From assembly GCF_009914755.1 (NCBI RefSeq), contig NC_060940.1: a stretch of 64,000 nt of DNA; one strand, given 5' to 3'. Below are positions 1-13,600 of the stretch, piece by piece (within the stretch, counting starts at the first letter, position 1; every line of letters starts with the position of its first letter). A program made the translations under genes and the position numbers. Source of the stretch: the human T2T-CHM13v2.0 reference genome, Homo sapiens. Below the pieces are notes generated by a model, which saw nothing but the letters and a program-made list of their open reading frames with translations, did no database searches and was not told the DNA's origin.

Positions 1-448
1 TCGGCGATGATTCCATATGAGTCAATTCAATGATGATTCCATATGGGTCCGTTCGATGATAATTCCATTTGATTTCATTCGATGCTTCTATTCTATTCCA
101 GTCGATGATGATTCCGTTGGAGTCCATACGATGATTCCATTTGATTTCATTTGATGATGATTCCATTCGATGATGATTACATTGGATTCCATTCTATGAT
201 TCCATTCAATTCCATTCGTTGATGATTCGATTCCATTCAATGATGATTCCATTTGAGTTCATTCGATGATTCTATTCGATTCCGTTCGATGGTGATTCAA
301 TTCTTTTATATTGGATGATTCCACTCGATTCCATTTGATGATTATTCCATTGGAGTCCACTTAGTGAATCCTTTAGATTCTACTCGACGATGATTCCATT
401 CGAGTCCATTCGATGATACCATTCAATTCCATTCGTTGATGCTTCCAT

Positions 449-3400
449 TCAAGTGCATTCGATGATATCATTTGATTCCATTTGATGATAATTCCATTTG
501 ATTCCATGCGATGATTCTATTCGATTCCATTCAATGATAATTCCATTCAATTCAGTGATTCCTCTGGACTCCATTTGATGATGATTCCATTCAATGATTC
601 CATTCGATTCTATTCGAAAATGATTCCATTTGAATCCATTTGATGATGATTCCATTAGATTCCATTTGATGATTCCATTAGATTCCATTCGACGATGATT
701 CCATTCGATTCCGTTTGATGATTCCATTCCATTCTATTCGATGATGATTCCATTCGATTCCATTCGATGATGATTGGATTCGATTCCATTTGATGATTTC
801 ATTTGATTCCATTCGTTAATGATTTCGATCAATTCCATTCGATGATTCCATTCGATTCCATTTGATAATGATTACATCCGAGTCCATTCGATGATTCCAT
901 TTGAGCCCGTTCGATAATTCCATTTGAGTCCAATCAATGATTCCAGTCATTTCCATTCAATGATTCCATTCGAGTCCATTTGATCATTCCGGTAGGGTCC
1001 ATTCGATGTTGATTCCATTGGAGTGCATTCGATGATTCCATTCGAGTCCATTTTAGGATTTGATTCGAGTCCTTTCGATGATTCCATTCGATTCCACTCG
1101 ATGATGATTTCATTCGAGTCCATTCGACACTTCCAATCGATTCCATTTGATGATTCCATTCGAGTCCAATTGATGATTCCATTCAATTCCATTCGATGAT
1201 GATTCCGTACGATTCCATTCTGTGATGATTCCATGTGATTGCATTCAATGATGATTCCTTTCGATTGCATTCGATTATGATTCATTTCGTGTTCATTCTA
1301 TGGTTCCACAGGTTTCCATTCGTGTCCATTCCATTATTCCATTCTATTCCATTTGATGATGATTCCATTCGATTCCATTCATTGGTGATTCCACTCAATT
1401 CCATTCAATGATTCCATTCCATTTCTTTCAACAATGATTCCATTAGTTTCTAATCGATGATCCACTTGATTCCATTTGACGACGATTCCATTCTTGTCCA
1501 TTCGATGATTCCATTTGATTCCATATGATGATGATTCCATTCGATTCCATACCATGATGATTCCATTCGAGTCCATTCAATGGTGATTCCATTCAATTCC
1601 ATTCGATGATTCCTTTTGATTCCATTCGATGATGATGGCATTCGATTCCTTTCAATCATTCCCTTTGATTCCATTCAAAGGTGATTTCATTCAAGTCCAT
1701 TCGATAATTGCATTCGATTCCATTCTATGATGATTCCATTCGAGTCCATTTGATGATTCCATTCAATTCAAGTCAATGATGATTCCATTCGATTCCATTC
1801 GATGATTCCATTGGATTCCATTCGATGATGATTCCATTCAAATCCATTCGATAATTCAATTCAAGTCCATTCGATGATGATTCCAATCGAATCCATTCAA
1901 AGATTCCATTCAGTTCCATTCGATGATTCCCTTAGATTCCATTCGATGATTCCACTTGATTGCATTTACGATGATTCCATTCGATTCCATGTGATGATTC
2001 CATTCAATTCTATTCAATGATGTCTCCATTTGATTCCATTCGACCATGATTGCCTTTGATTCCATTCAATGATTCCATTCGGTTCCGTTTGATGATGATT
2101 CCGTTCGATTCCATTTGATGATTCCATTTGATTCCATTGGATGAGTCCATTCGATTACATTCGATGATTATTCCATTCGAGTGCATTAGATGATTCCATT
2201 CGAGTCCATTCGATGATTCCATTCGATTCCATTCGATGTTGATTCTGTTCAAATCCATTCGATGATTCCACTCGATTCCATTCGTTGACTCCATTTGATC
2301 CCATTCGATGATTTCCTTTGATTCCCTTTGATGATCATTCCATTTGATTCAATTCGGTGATTTCATTTGATTCCATTCAGTGATGTTTCCATTCGACTCC
2401 ATTCGATGATGATTCCATTCGACTCCATTCGATTATGATTTCATTCAATTCCATTCGATAATGATTCCCTTCGAGTCCATTCGATGATTCCATTCGATTC
2501 CATTCAACGATGATTTGATTCGTGTCCATTCGACGATTCCATTTGATTCCACTTGATGATGATTCCATTCGAGTCCATTTGATGATTCCATTCAATTCCA
2601 TACTCCGATGATTTCTTTTGAGCCCACTCAATGCTTCCACTCGATTCCATATGATGATGACTCCATTCGATGATATTCGATGATGATTCCATTCGCTTGC
2701 TTTCGATGATGATTCCACTTGAGTCCGTTAGAAGATTCTATTCAATTACATTCCATGACGATTCCGTTCGAGTCCATTTGATGATTCCATTAGACTCCAT
2801 TCGACGATGATTCCATTCGATGTTATTCGATGATTCCATTTGATCTCATTCGATGATGATTCCATTCAACTCCATTCGATGTTTCCATTCGAGTTCATTC
2901 TATTATTCCATTAGATTCCATTCGATGATGATTCCATTCGATTCCATTTGATGATTGCATTCTATTTCATTTGATGATGATTCCATTCGAGTCCACTCGA
3001 TGATTCCATTCGAGTCCATTTAATGAATCCATTGGTTTCAATTCTATGATGATTACATTGGATTCCATTTGTTGATGATTTCATTCGGTTCCATTCAATG
3101 ATGATTCCATTCAATTCCTTTCAATGTTTCCATTCAATTCCATACGATGATGATTCCATTTGATTTGATTCGACACTGAGCCATTCGATTCAATTCCATG
3201 ATGATTCTATTTGATTCAATTGGTTGACATTTCCATTCGATTCCATTCGATGATGATTCCCTTTGATTCCGTTCAAAGATGATTCCATTCTAGCCCATTC
3301 AATCATTCCATTCGATTCTATTCAATGATGATTCCATTCATGTCGATTTGGTGATTCCATTTGACTTCATTTGATGATGATTCCTTTCAAGTTCATTAGA

Positions 3401-6400
3401 TGATTCCATTCGATTCCATTTGATGATGATCCCATTCGAGTCCATTCAGTGATTCCATTCGTTTCCATTCCATGATGATTCCATTCCTTTCCATTCAATG
3501 ATTCCATTCGATTCCGTTTGATGATGATTTCATTCGAGTCCATTTGATGATTCCATTTGATTCCATTCGATGATGATTCCATTCGAGTCCATTCGATGAT
3601 TCTATTCGAATCCATTTGATGATTTCTTTTGATTATATTTGGTGATGATTCCATTGGAGTCCATTCAATGATTCCATTCTATTCCAATCGATGATGATTC
3701 CATTAGAGTCCATTTAATGATTCCATTTGATTCCAGTCTCTGATGATTACATTCGAGTCCATACGATGATTCCACTCAATTCCATATGATGATGATTCCA
3801 TTTGATTCCATTCGGTGATTCCATTCTATTCTATTCAATGGTGATTCCATTCGAGTACATTAGATGATTCCATTCGATTCCATTCAATGATGATTCTATT
3901 TGTGTCCCTTAGATGATTCCACATGATTCCATTAGATGTTGATACTATTTGAGCCCATCCAATGATTCCCTTCGATTCCATTCGATGAGGATTCCATTCG
4001 ATTCAATTCATTGGTGATTCTATTCAATTCAATTCTTTGATTCCATTCCATTCCATTCGACAATGATTCCATTCGATTTCTTTCGATGATTCCACTCGAT
4101 TCCACTTGACATTGATTCCATTCGATTCCATTCAATGATTCCATTTGATTCCAGTGGATGATGATTGCCATCGATTCCATTCGATCACTCCATTCTATTC
4201 CATTTGATGATGATTACATTCGATTCCATTTGATGATTCCATCTGATTCTATTCGAGGATTCCATTTGATTCCATTCGATGATGATTCCATTCGAGTCCA
4301 TTCGATGGTTTCATTCGAGTACATCCAATGATTCCATTCGAGTCCATTAGATGATTCCATTTGATTCCATTTGAAAATGATTCTACTAGAGTCCATTCAA
4401 TGACTCCATTCGAGTCCATTCAACAATTCCATTCGACTCCATTCGATGATTCCATTCGATTCCATTTGATGGTTCCATTCGAGTCCATTTAATCATTACA
4501 GTCGAGTCCATTTGGTGATTCCACTGGATTTCTTTTGATAATGATACCATTCAATTACATTTGATGATGATCCCATTCAACTTCATTTGATGATGATTCC
4601 ATTAGAGTCCATTCGATGATTTCATTCGAGTCCCTTCATTGATTCCATCCGATTTCATTGGATGATGACTCCATTCGAGTCCATTCGATGATTCCACTCG
4701 ATTCCATTAGATGACTCCATTGGAGTCCATTTGATTGTTCCATTCGATTCCATTCGATTCCTTTCGAAGATTATTCCATTTGAGTCCATTCGATGATGAT
4801 TCCATTCCATTCCATTCGATGATTCCGTTTGATTCCATTCGATGATTCCCTTCGATTCCTTTCTTTGATGATTCCATTCCATTCCATTCAATGATTCCAT
4901 TCGAATCTATTCCATGATGATTCCTTTCGATTCCATTCGCTGATGTTTCCGTTCAATTCCATTCGATGATGATTCCATTCGATTCCATTCATTGAGGATT
5001 CCATTTGATTCCATTCAATGATGATTCCGTTCTATTCCATTCAATGATTGCATTCAATTCCATTCAATGATTATCCCCTTAGAGTAAACTCAACGATTCC
5101 ATTCAATACCATTCGATGATGATTCCTTTTGAGTCCATTCAATGATTTCATTCAAGTCCATTTGATGATTCCTTTCAATTCCATTCTATGATGATTCCAT
5201 TCGAGTCCATTCGATGATTCCATTCGATTGCATTCGATGATTCCATTATATTCCAGTCAACGGTGATTCCATTCGAGTCCATTCAATGATTGCATTAGAG
5301 TACATTTAATGATTGCTTTGTTTTCAATTCGAAGATGATTACATTGGATTCCATTCTATGATACCATTCGATTCCATTCAATGATGATTCCACTCAAATC
5401 CATTGGATGATTCCATTCGTGTCCATTCGGTGATTTCATTAGATTCCATTCGAGGATGATTCCATTCGATTCCATTCGATGATTCCATTCAATTCCATTC
5501 GATGATGATTCCATTCCAGTCCATATGATCATTCCATTTGATTTCATTCGATGATGATTCCATTCGATTCCATTCGATGATTCCATTCTATTCCATTCGA
5601 TGTTGATTCCATTCGAGTCCATTCGATGATTCCATTCGAGTCCATTTAATGATTCCATTGGGTTCAATTCAATGATGATTACATTGGATTCCGTTCTATG
5701 ATTCCATTCAATTCCGTTCATTGACAATTTGATTCCATTCGATGATGATTCCATTTGAGTTCATTCGATGATTCTATTCGATTCTCTTCGATGGTGATTC
5801 AATTCTATTATATTGGATGATTCCATTCGATTCCATTTGATGTTGATTCAATTCGATTCTATTCGATGATGATTCCATTGGATTTCACTTGATGATTCTA
5901 TTCGATTCCATTCAATGATGATTCACTTCTCGTCCATTGGATGATTCCATTTCATTCCATTCGATGATGATTCCATTCGATTCCATTCGATGATTCCATT
6001 TGATTCCATGCGACGGTGAGCAATTCGATTCAATTCCATGATGATTCTATTTGATTCAATTAGATGATGTTTCCATTCGAGTCCATTCCATGATTATTCC
6101 ATTGGAATCCATTTGGCAATGATTCCATATGAGTCAATTCAATGATGATTCCATATGGGTCCGTTCGATGATAATTCCATTTGATTTCATTCGATGCTTC
6201 TATTCTATTCCAGTCGATGATGATTCCGTTGGAGTCCATACAATGATTCCATTTGATTTCATTTGATGATGATTCCATTCGATGATGATTACATTGGATT
6301 CCATTCTATGATTCCATTCAATTCCATTCGTTGATGATTCGATTCCATTCAATGATGATTCCATTTGAGTTCATTCGATGATTCTATTCGATTCCGTTCG

Positions 6401-6560
6401 ATGGTGATTCAATTCTCTTATATTGGATGATTCCACTCGATTCCATTTGATGATTATTCCATTGGAGTCCACTTAGTGAATCCTTTAGATTCTACTCGAA
6501 GATGATTCCATTCGAGTCCATTCGATGATACCATTCAATTCCATTCGTTGATGCTTCCAT
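449..6560 (+). repeat. Canonical 6112-bp higher-order unit
   Basis: The landmark recurs at 449 and 6561. Spurious ORFs map to the unit at 54623 with a constant offset of 54174 (e.g. 947/55121, 2377/56551, 4214/58388, 5356/59530). Confidence 0.95.
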
Positions 6561-9500
6561 TCAAGTGCATTCGATGATATCATTCGATTCCATTTGATGA
6601 TAATTCCATTTGATTCCATGCGATGATTCTATTCGATTCCATTCAATGATAATTCCATTCAATTCAGTGATTCCTCTGGACTCCATTTGATGATGATTCC
6701 ATTCAATGATTCCATTCGATTCTATTCCAAAATGATTCCATTTGAATCCATTTGATGATGATTCCATTCGATTCCATTCGACGATGATTCCATTCGATTC
6801 CATTTGATGATTCCATTCTATTCTATTCGATGATGATTCCATTCGATTCTATTCGACGATGATTGGATTCGATTCCATTTGATGATTTCATTTGATTCCA
6901 TTCGTTAATGATTTCGATCAACTCCATTCGATGATTCCATTTGATTCCATTCGATAATGATTACATCCGAGTCCATTCGATGATTCCATTTGAGCCCGTT
7001 CGATAATTCCATTTGAGTCCAATCAATGATTTCCATTCATTTCCATTCAATGATTCCATTCGAGTCCATTTGATCATTCTGGTAGGGTCCGTTCGATGTT
7101 GATTCCATTGGAGTGCATTCGATGATTCCATTCGAGTCCATTTTAGGATTTGATTCGAGTCCTTTCGATGATTCCATTCGATTCCACTCGATGATGATTT
7201 CATTCGAGTCCATTCGACACTTCCAAGCGATTCCATTTGATGTTTCCATTCGAGTCCAATTGATGATTCCATTCAATTCCATTCGATGATGATTCCGTAC
7301 GATTCCATTCTGTGATGATTCCATGTGATTGCATTCAATGATGATTCCTTTCGACTGCATTCGATTATGATTCATTTCGTGTTCATTCTATGGTTCCACA
7401 GGTTTCCATTCGATGACGTTTCCGTTCGTGTCCATTCCATTATTCCATTCTATTTCATTTGATGATGATTCCATTCGATTCCATTCATTGGTGATTCCAC
7501 TCAATTCCATTCAATGATTCCATTCCATTTCTTTCAACAATGATTCCATTAGTTTCTATTCGATGATCCACTTGATTCCATTTGGCGATGATTCCATTCG
7601 TGTCCATTCGATGATTCCATTTGATTCCATATGATGATGATTCCATTCGATTCCATACCATGATGATTCCATTCGAGTCCATTCAATGGTGATTCCATTC
7701 AATTCCATTCGATGATTCCTTTTGATTCCATTCGATGATGATGGCATTCGATTCCTTTCAATCATTCCCTTTGATTCCATTCAAAGGTGATTTCATTCAA
7801 GTCCATTCGATAATTGCATTCGATTCCATTCTATGATGATTCCATTCGAGTCCATTTGATGATTCCATTCAATTCAAGTCAATGATGATTCCATTCGATT
7901 CCATTCGATGATTCCATTGGATTCCATTCGATGATGATTCCATTCAAATCCATTCGATAATTCAATTCAAGTCCATTCGATGATGATTCCAATCGAATCC
8001 ATTCAAAGATTCCATTCAATTCCATTCGATGATGATTCCATTAGATTCCATTCGATGATTCCACTTGATTCCATTTACGATGATTCCATTCGATTCCATG
8101 TGATGAATCCATTCAATTCTATTCAATGATGTTTCCATTTGATTCCATTGGACCATGATTGCCTTTGATTCCATTCAATGATTCCATTCGGTTCCATTTG
8201 ATGATGATTCCGTTCGATTCCATTTGATGATTCCATTTGATTCCATTGGATGAGTCCATTCGATTACATTCGATGATTATTCCATTCGAGTGCATTAGAT
8301 GATTGCATTCGAGTCCATTCGATGATTCCATTCGATTCCATTCGATGTTGATTCTGTTCAAATCCATTCGATGATTCCACTCGATTCCATTCGATGACTC
8401 CATTTGATCCCATTCGATGATTTCCTGTGATTCCCTTTGATGATCATTCTATTTGATTCAATTCGGTGATTTCATTTCATTCCATTCAGTGATGTTTCCA
8501 TTCGACTGTATTCGATGATGATTCCATTCGACTCCATTCGATTATGATTTCATTCAATTCCATTCAATAATGATTCCCTTCGAGTCCATTCGATGATTCC
8601 ATTCGATTCCATTCAACGATGATTTGATTCGTTTCCATTCGATGATTCCATTTGATTCCACTTGATGATGATTCCATTCGAGTCCATTTGATGATTCCAT
8701 TCGAGTCTATTTATGTATTATATTCGTGTCCACTTCATGATTCCATTCAATTCCATTTAATGTTGATTCCATTTGATTCCATTTGATGATTCAGTTCGAT
8801 TCCTTGCAATGATTCCCTACGATTCCTTTCTATGATGATTCCATTCGATTCCATTCATTGATGATTTCATTCGACTCCATTCGATGATGATTCCTTTCGA
8901 TTCCATTTGACGATGTTTCCTTTCGAGTCCATTTGATGATGATTCTATTGAATTCTGTTCTATTATGATTCCATTCGATTTCATTCAATGCTTCTATTTG
9001 ATTCCATTCGATGATGATTCCATCTCTTTCCCTTCGATGATTCCATTTGATTCCATTCAGTGATGATTCCATTTGATTCCATCTGATGATGATTTCACTT
9101 GATTCCTTTCAATGATGATTCAATTCAAGTCCATTCGATGATTCCATTGGAGTCCAAACGATCATTCCGTTCGATTCCATTCAATGGTGATTCCATTCAT
9201 GTCCATTCGATGAATCCATTCAATTCCATTCGATGATGACTCCATTCGAGTACATTCGATGATTCCATTTGATTCCATTGGAAGATGATTCCATTCAATT
9301 CCATTCGAAGATGATTCCATTCAATTCCATTCGATGATGATTCCGTATGAATCCATTCTCTGATTATTCCATTCGATTCCATTCATTGACGATTCCATTC
9401 AATTCCATTCAATGATGATTCTCTTCTATTCCATTCGATGATTCCGGTCGATTCCATTCGATGATGATTCCATTAGATTCCATTCGATTGTTGCATTCGA

Positions 9501-10668
9501 TTCCCTTCGATGATGATTCCTTTGAATTCCATTCGATTATCATTCCGTATGAATCCATTTGATGATTATTCCATTGGATTCCTTTCGATGATGATTCCAT
9601 TCGATTCCATTTGATGATGTTTCTCTTGTATTCCATTGGATAATTCCTTTCAGTTCCCTTCGATGATTATTCTTTCGAGTCAATTCGATGATTCTATTCC
9701 ATTCCCTTCGATGATGATTCCATTTCACTCCATTTGATGATTCCATTCGACTCAATTTGGTGATGATTCAATTCGATGACATTCGATGACTCCATTCAAT
9801 TTCATTTGATGATGATTACATTCGAGTCCATTTGATGATTGTATTCCTTTCCTTTTGATGATTATTCCATTCGTGTCTATTCAAAGATTCCATTCTATTC
9901 CATTCAATGATGATTGCATTTGATTCCATTCAATGATTATGGCTATCGATTCCACTCGTTGATTCCATTTGATTCCGTTCGATGATTATTCCGTTAGATT
10001 CCATTAGAAGATTCCATTCGATTTTATTCAATGATTCCAATGGATTCCATTCAATGATGATTCCATTCGACTCCATTCAGTGATTCCATTCGAGTCCATT
10101 TGATGATTCCATTCTTTTCCATTTGATGATGATTCCATTAGGGTCCATTCAATGATTCCATTCGAGTCCATTCGTTAATGCCTTTCGAGTCCTTTTGATC
10201 ACTACATTCGAGTCCATTCAATGATTCTATTCGATTCCATTCCATGATGATTCCATTCGAGTTCATTCGATGATTGCATTCGAGTCCATTTGATGATTCC
10301 ATATGATTCCATTCGACAATGATTCCATTCGTGTCCATTTGATGATTCCATTCATTTCCTATCGATGAAGATTCCATTCGAGTGTATTCGATGATTCCAT
10401 TCAAATCCATTCGATGATGGTTCCATTCCAGTCCATTCGATCATTCCACTTGATTCCATTTGATGACTATTCCATTCAAATCCATTTGATGATTCCATTC
10501 GATTCCATTCGATGTTACCATTCCAGTATATACGATGATTCCACTCGATTCCATTTGATGATTATTCCATTGGAGTCGACTTAGTGAATCCTTTAGATTC
10601 TACTCGAAGATGATTCCATTCGAGTCCATTCGATGATACCATTCAATTCCATTCGTTGATGCTTCCAT
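6561..10668 (+). repeat. 4.1-kb variant unit, copy 1 (4108 bp)
   Basis: Canonical to ~8700, then switches at GAGTCTATTTATGTATTATATTCGTGTCCAC (~8703) to sequence absent from the 6.1-kb unit, and rejoins the canonical sequence at ~10540. Confidence 0.9.
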
Positions 10669-13600
10669 TCAAGTGCATTCGATGATATCATTCGATTCCA
10701 TTTGATGATAATTCCATTTGATTCCATGTGATGATTCTATTCCATTCCATTCAATGATAATTCCATTCAATTCAGTGATTCCTCTGGACTCCATTTGATG
10801 ATGATTCCATTCAATGATTCCATTCGATTCTATTCGAAAATGATTCCATTTGAATCCATTTGATGATGATTCCATTGGATTCCATTTGATGATTCCATTC
10901 GATTCCATTCGACGATGATTCCATTCGATTCCATTTGATGATTCCATTCTATTCTATTCGATGATGATTCCATTCGATTCCATTCGATGATGATTGGATT
11001 CGATTCCATTTGATGATTTCATTTGATTCCATTCGGTGATGATTTCGATCAACTCCATTCGATGATTCCATTCGATTCCATTTGATAATGATTACATCCG
11101 AGTCCATTCGATGATTCCATTTGAGCCCGTTCGATAATTCCATTTGAGTCCAATCAATGATTCCATTCATTTCCATTCAATGATTCCATTCGAGTCCATT
11201 TGATCATTCCGGTAGGGTCCGTTCGATGTTGATTCCATTGGAGTGCATTCGATGATTCCATTCGAGTCCATTTTAGGATTTGATTCGAGTCCTTTCGATG
11301 ATTCCATTCGATTCCACTCGATGCGATGATGATTTCATTCGAGTCCATTCGACACTTCCAATCGATTCCATTTGATGTTTCCATTCGAGTCCAATTGATG
11401 ATTCCATTCAATTCCATTCGATGATGATTCCGTACGATTCCATTCTGTGATGATTCCATGTGATTGCATTCAATGATGATTCCTTTCGATTGCATTCGAT
11501 TATGATTCATTTCGTGTTCATTCTATGGTTCCACAGGTTTCACATCGTGTCCATTCCATTATTCCATTCTATTCCATTTGATGATGATTCCATTCGATTC
11601 CATTCATTGGTGATTCCACTCAATTCCATTCAATGATTCCATTCCATTTCTTTCAACAATGATTCCATTAGTTTCTAATCGATGATCCACTTGATTCCAT
11701 TTGACGGTGATTCCATTCTTGTCCATTCGATGATTCCATTTGATTCCATATGATGATGATTCCATTCGATTCCATACGATGATGATTCCATTCGAGTCCA
11801 TTCAATGGTGATTCCATTCAATTCCATTCGGTGATTCCTTTCGATTCCATTTGATGATGATGGCATTCGATTCCTTTCAATCATTCCCTTTGATTCCACT
11901 CAAAGGTGATTTCATTCAAGTCCATTCGATAATTGCATTCGATTCCATTCTATGATGATTCCATTCGAGTCCATTTGATGATTCCATTCAATTCAAGTCA
12001 ATGATGATTCCATTCGATTCCATTCGATGATTCCATTGGATTCCATTCGATGATGATTCCATTCAAATCCATTCGATAATTCAATTCACGTCCATTCGAT
12101 GATGATTCCAATCGAATCCATTCAAAGATTCCATTCAATTCCATTCGATGATTCCCTTAGATTCCATTCGATGATTCCACTTGATTCCATTTACGATGAT
12201 TCCATTCGATTCCATGTGATGATTCCATTCAATTCTATTCAATGATGTTTCCATTTGATTCCATTCGACCATGATAGCCTTTGATTCCATTCAATGATTC
12301 CATTCGGTTCCGTTTGATGATGATTCCGTTCGATTCCATTTGATGATTCCATTTGATTCCATTGGATGAGTCCATTCGATTACATTCGATGATTTTTCCA
12401 TTCGAGTGCATTAGATGATTCCATTCGAGTCCATTCGATGATTCCATTCGATTCCATTCGATGATTCCATTCGATTCCATTCGATGTTGATTCTGTTCAA
12501 ATCCATTCGATGATTCCACTCGATTCCATTCGATGACTCCATTTGATCCCATTCTATGATTTCCTTAGATTCCCTTTGATGATCATTCCATTTGATTCAA
12601 TTCGGTGATTTCATTTGATTCCATTCAGTGATGTTTCCATTCGACTCCATTCGATGATGATTCCATTCGACTACATTCGATTATGATTTCATTCAATTCC
12701 ATTCGATAAAGATTCCCTTCGAGTCCAATCGATGATTCCATTCGATTCCATTCAACGATGATTTGATTCGTGTCCATTCGATGATTCCATTTGATTCCAC
12801 TTGATGAGGATTCCATTCGAGTCCATTTGATGATTCCATTCAATTCCATTCTCCGATGATTTCTTTTGAGCCCATTCAATGCTTCCACTCGATTACATAT
12901 GATGATGACTCCATTCGATGAAACTCGATGATGATTCCATTCGCTTGCATTCGATGATGATTCCACTTGAGTCCGTTAGAAGATTCTATTCAATTACATT
13001 CCATGACGATTCCGTTCGAGTCCATTTGATGATTCCATTACACTCCATTCTACAATGATTCCATTCAATGTTATTCGATGATTCCATTCGATCTCATTCG
13101 ATGATGATTCCATTCAACTCCATTCGATGTTTCCATTCGAGTTCATTCTATTATTCCATTAGATTCCATTCGATGATGATTCCATTCGATTCCATTTGAT
13201 GATTGCATTCTATTTCATTTGATGATGATTCCATTCGAGTCCATTCGATGATTCCATTCGAGTCCATTTAATGAATCCATTGGTTTCAATTCTATGATGA
13301 TTATATTGGATTCCATTCGTTGATGATTTCATTCGATTCCATTCAATGATGATTCCATTCAATTCCATTCAATGATTCCATTCAATTCCATACGATGATG
13401 ATTCCATTTGATTTGATTCGACAGTGAGCCATTCGATTCAATTCCATGATGATTCTATTTGATTCACTTGGTTGACATTTCCATTCGGTTCCATTCGATG
13501 ATGATTCCATTTGATTCCATTCAAAGATGATTCCATTCTAGCCCATTCAATCATTCCATTCGATTCTATTCAATGATGATTCCATTCATGTCGATTTGGT

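Noticed and set aside
8700-8735. AT-rich TATTTATGTATTATA as a TATA-like promoter
   Set aside because: No supporting context; explained as a decayed monomer and useful only as a junction marker.
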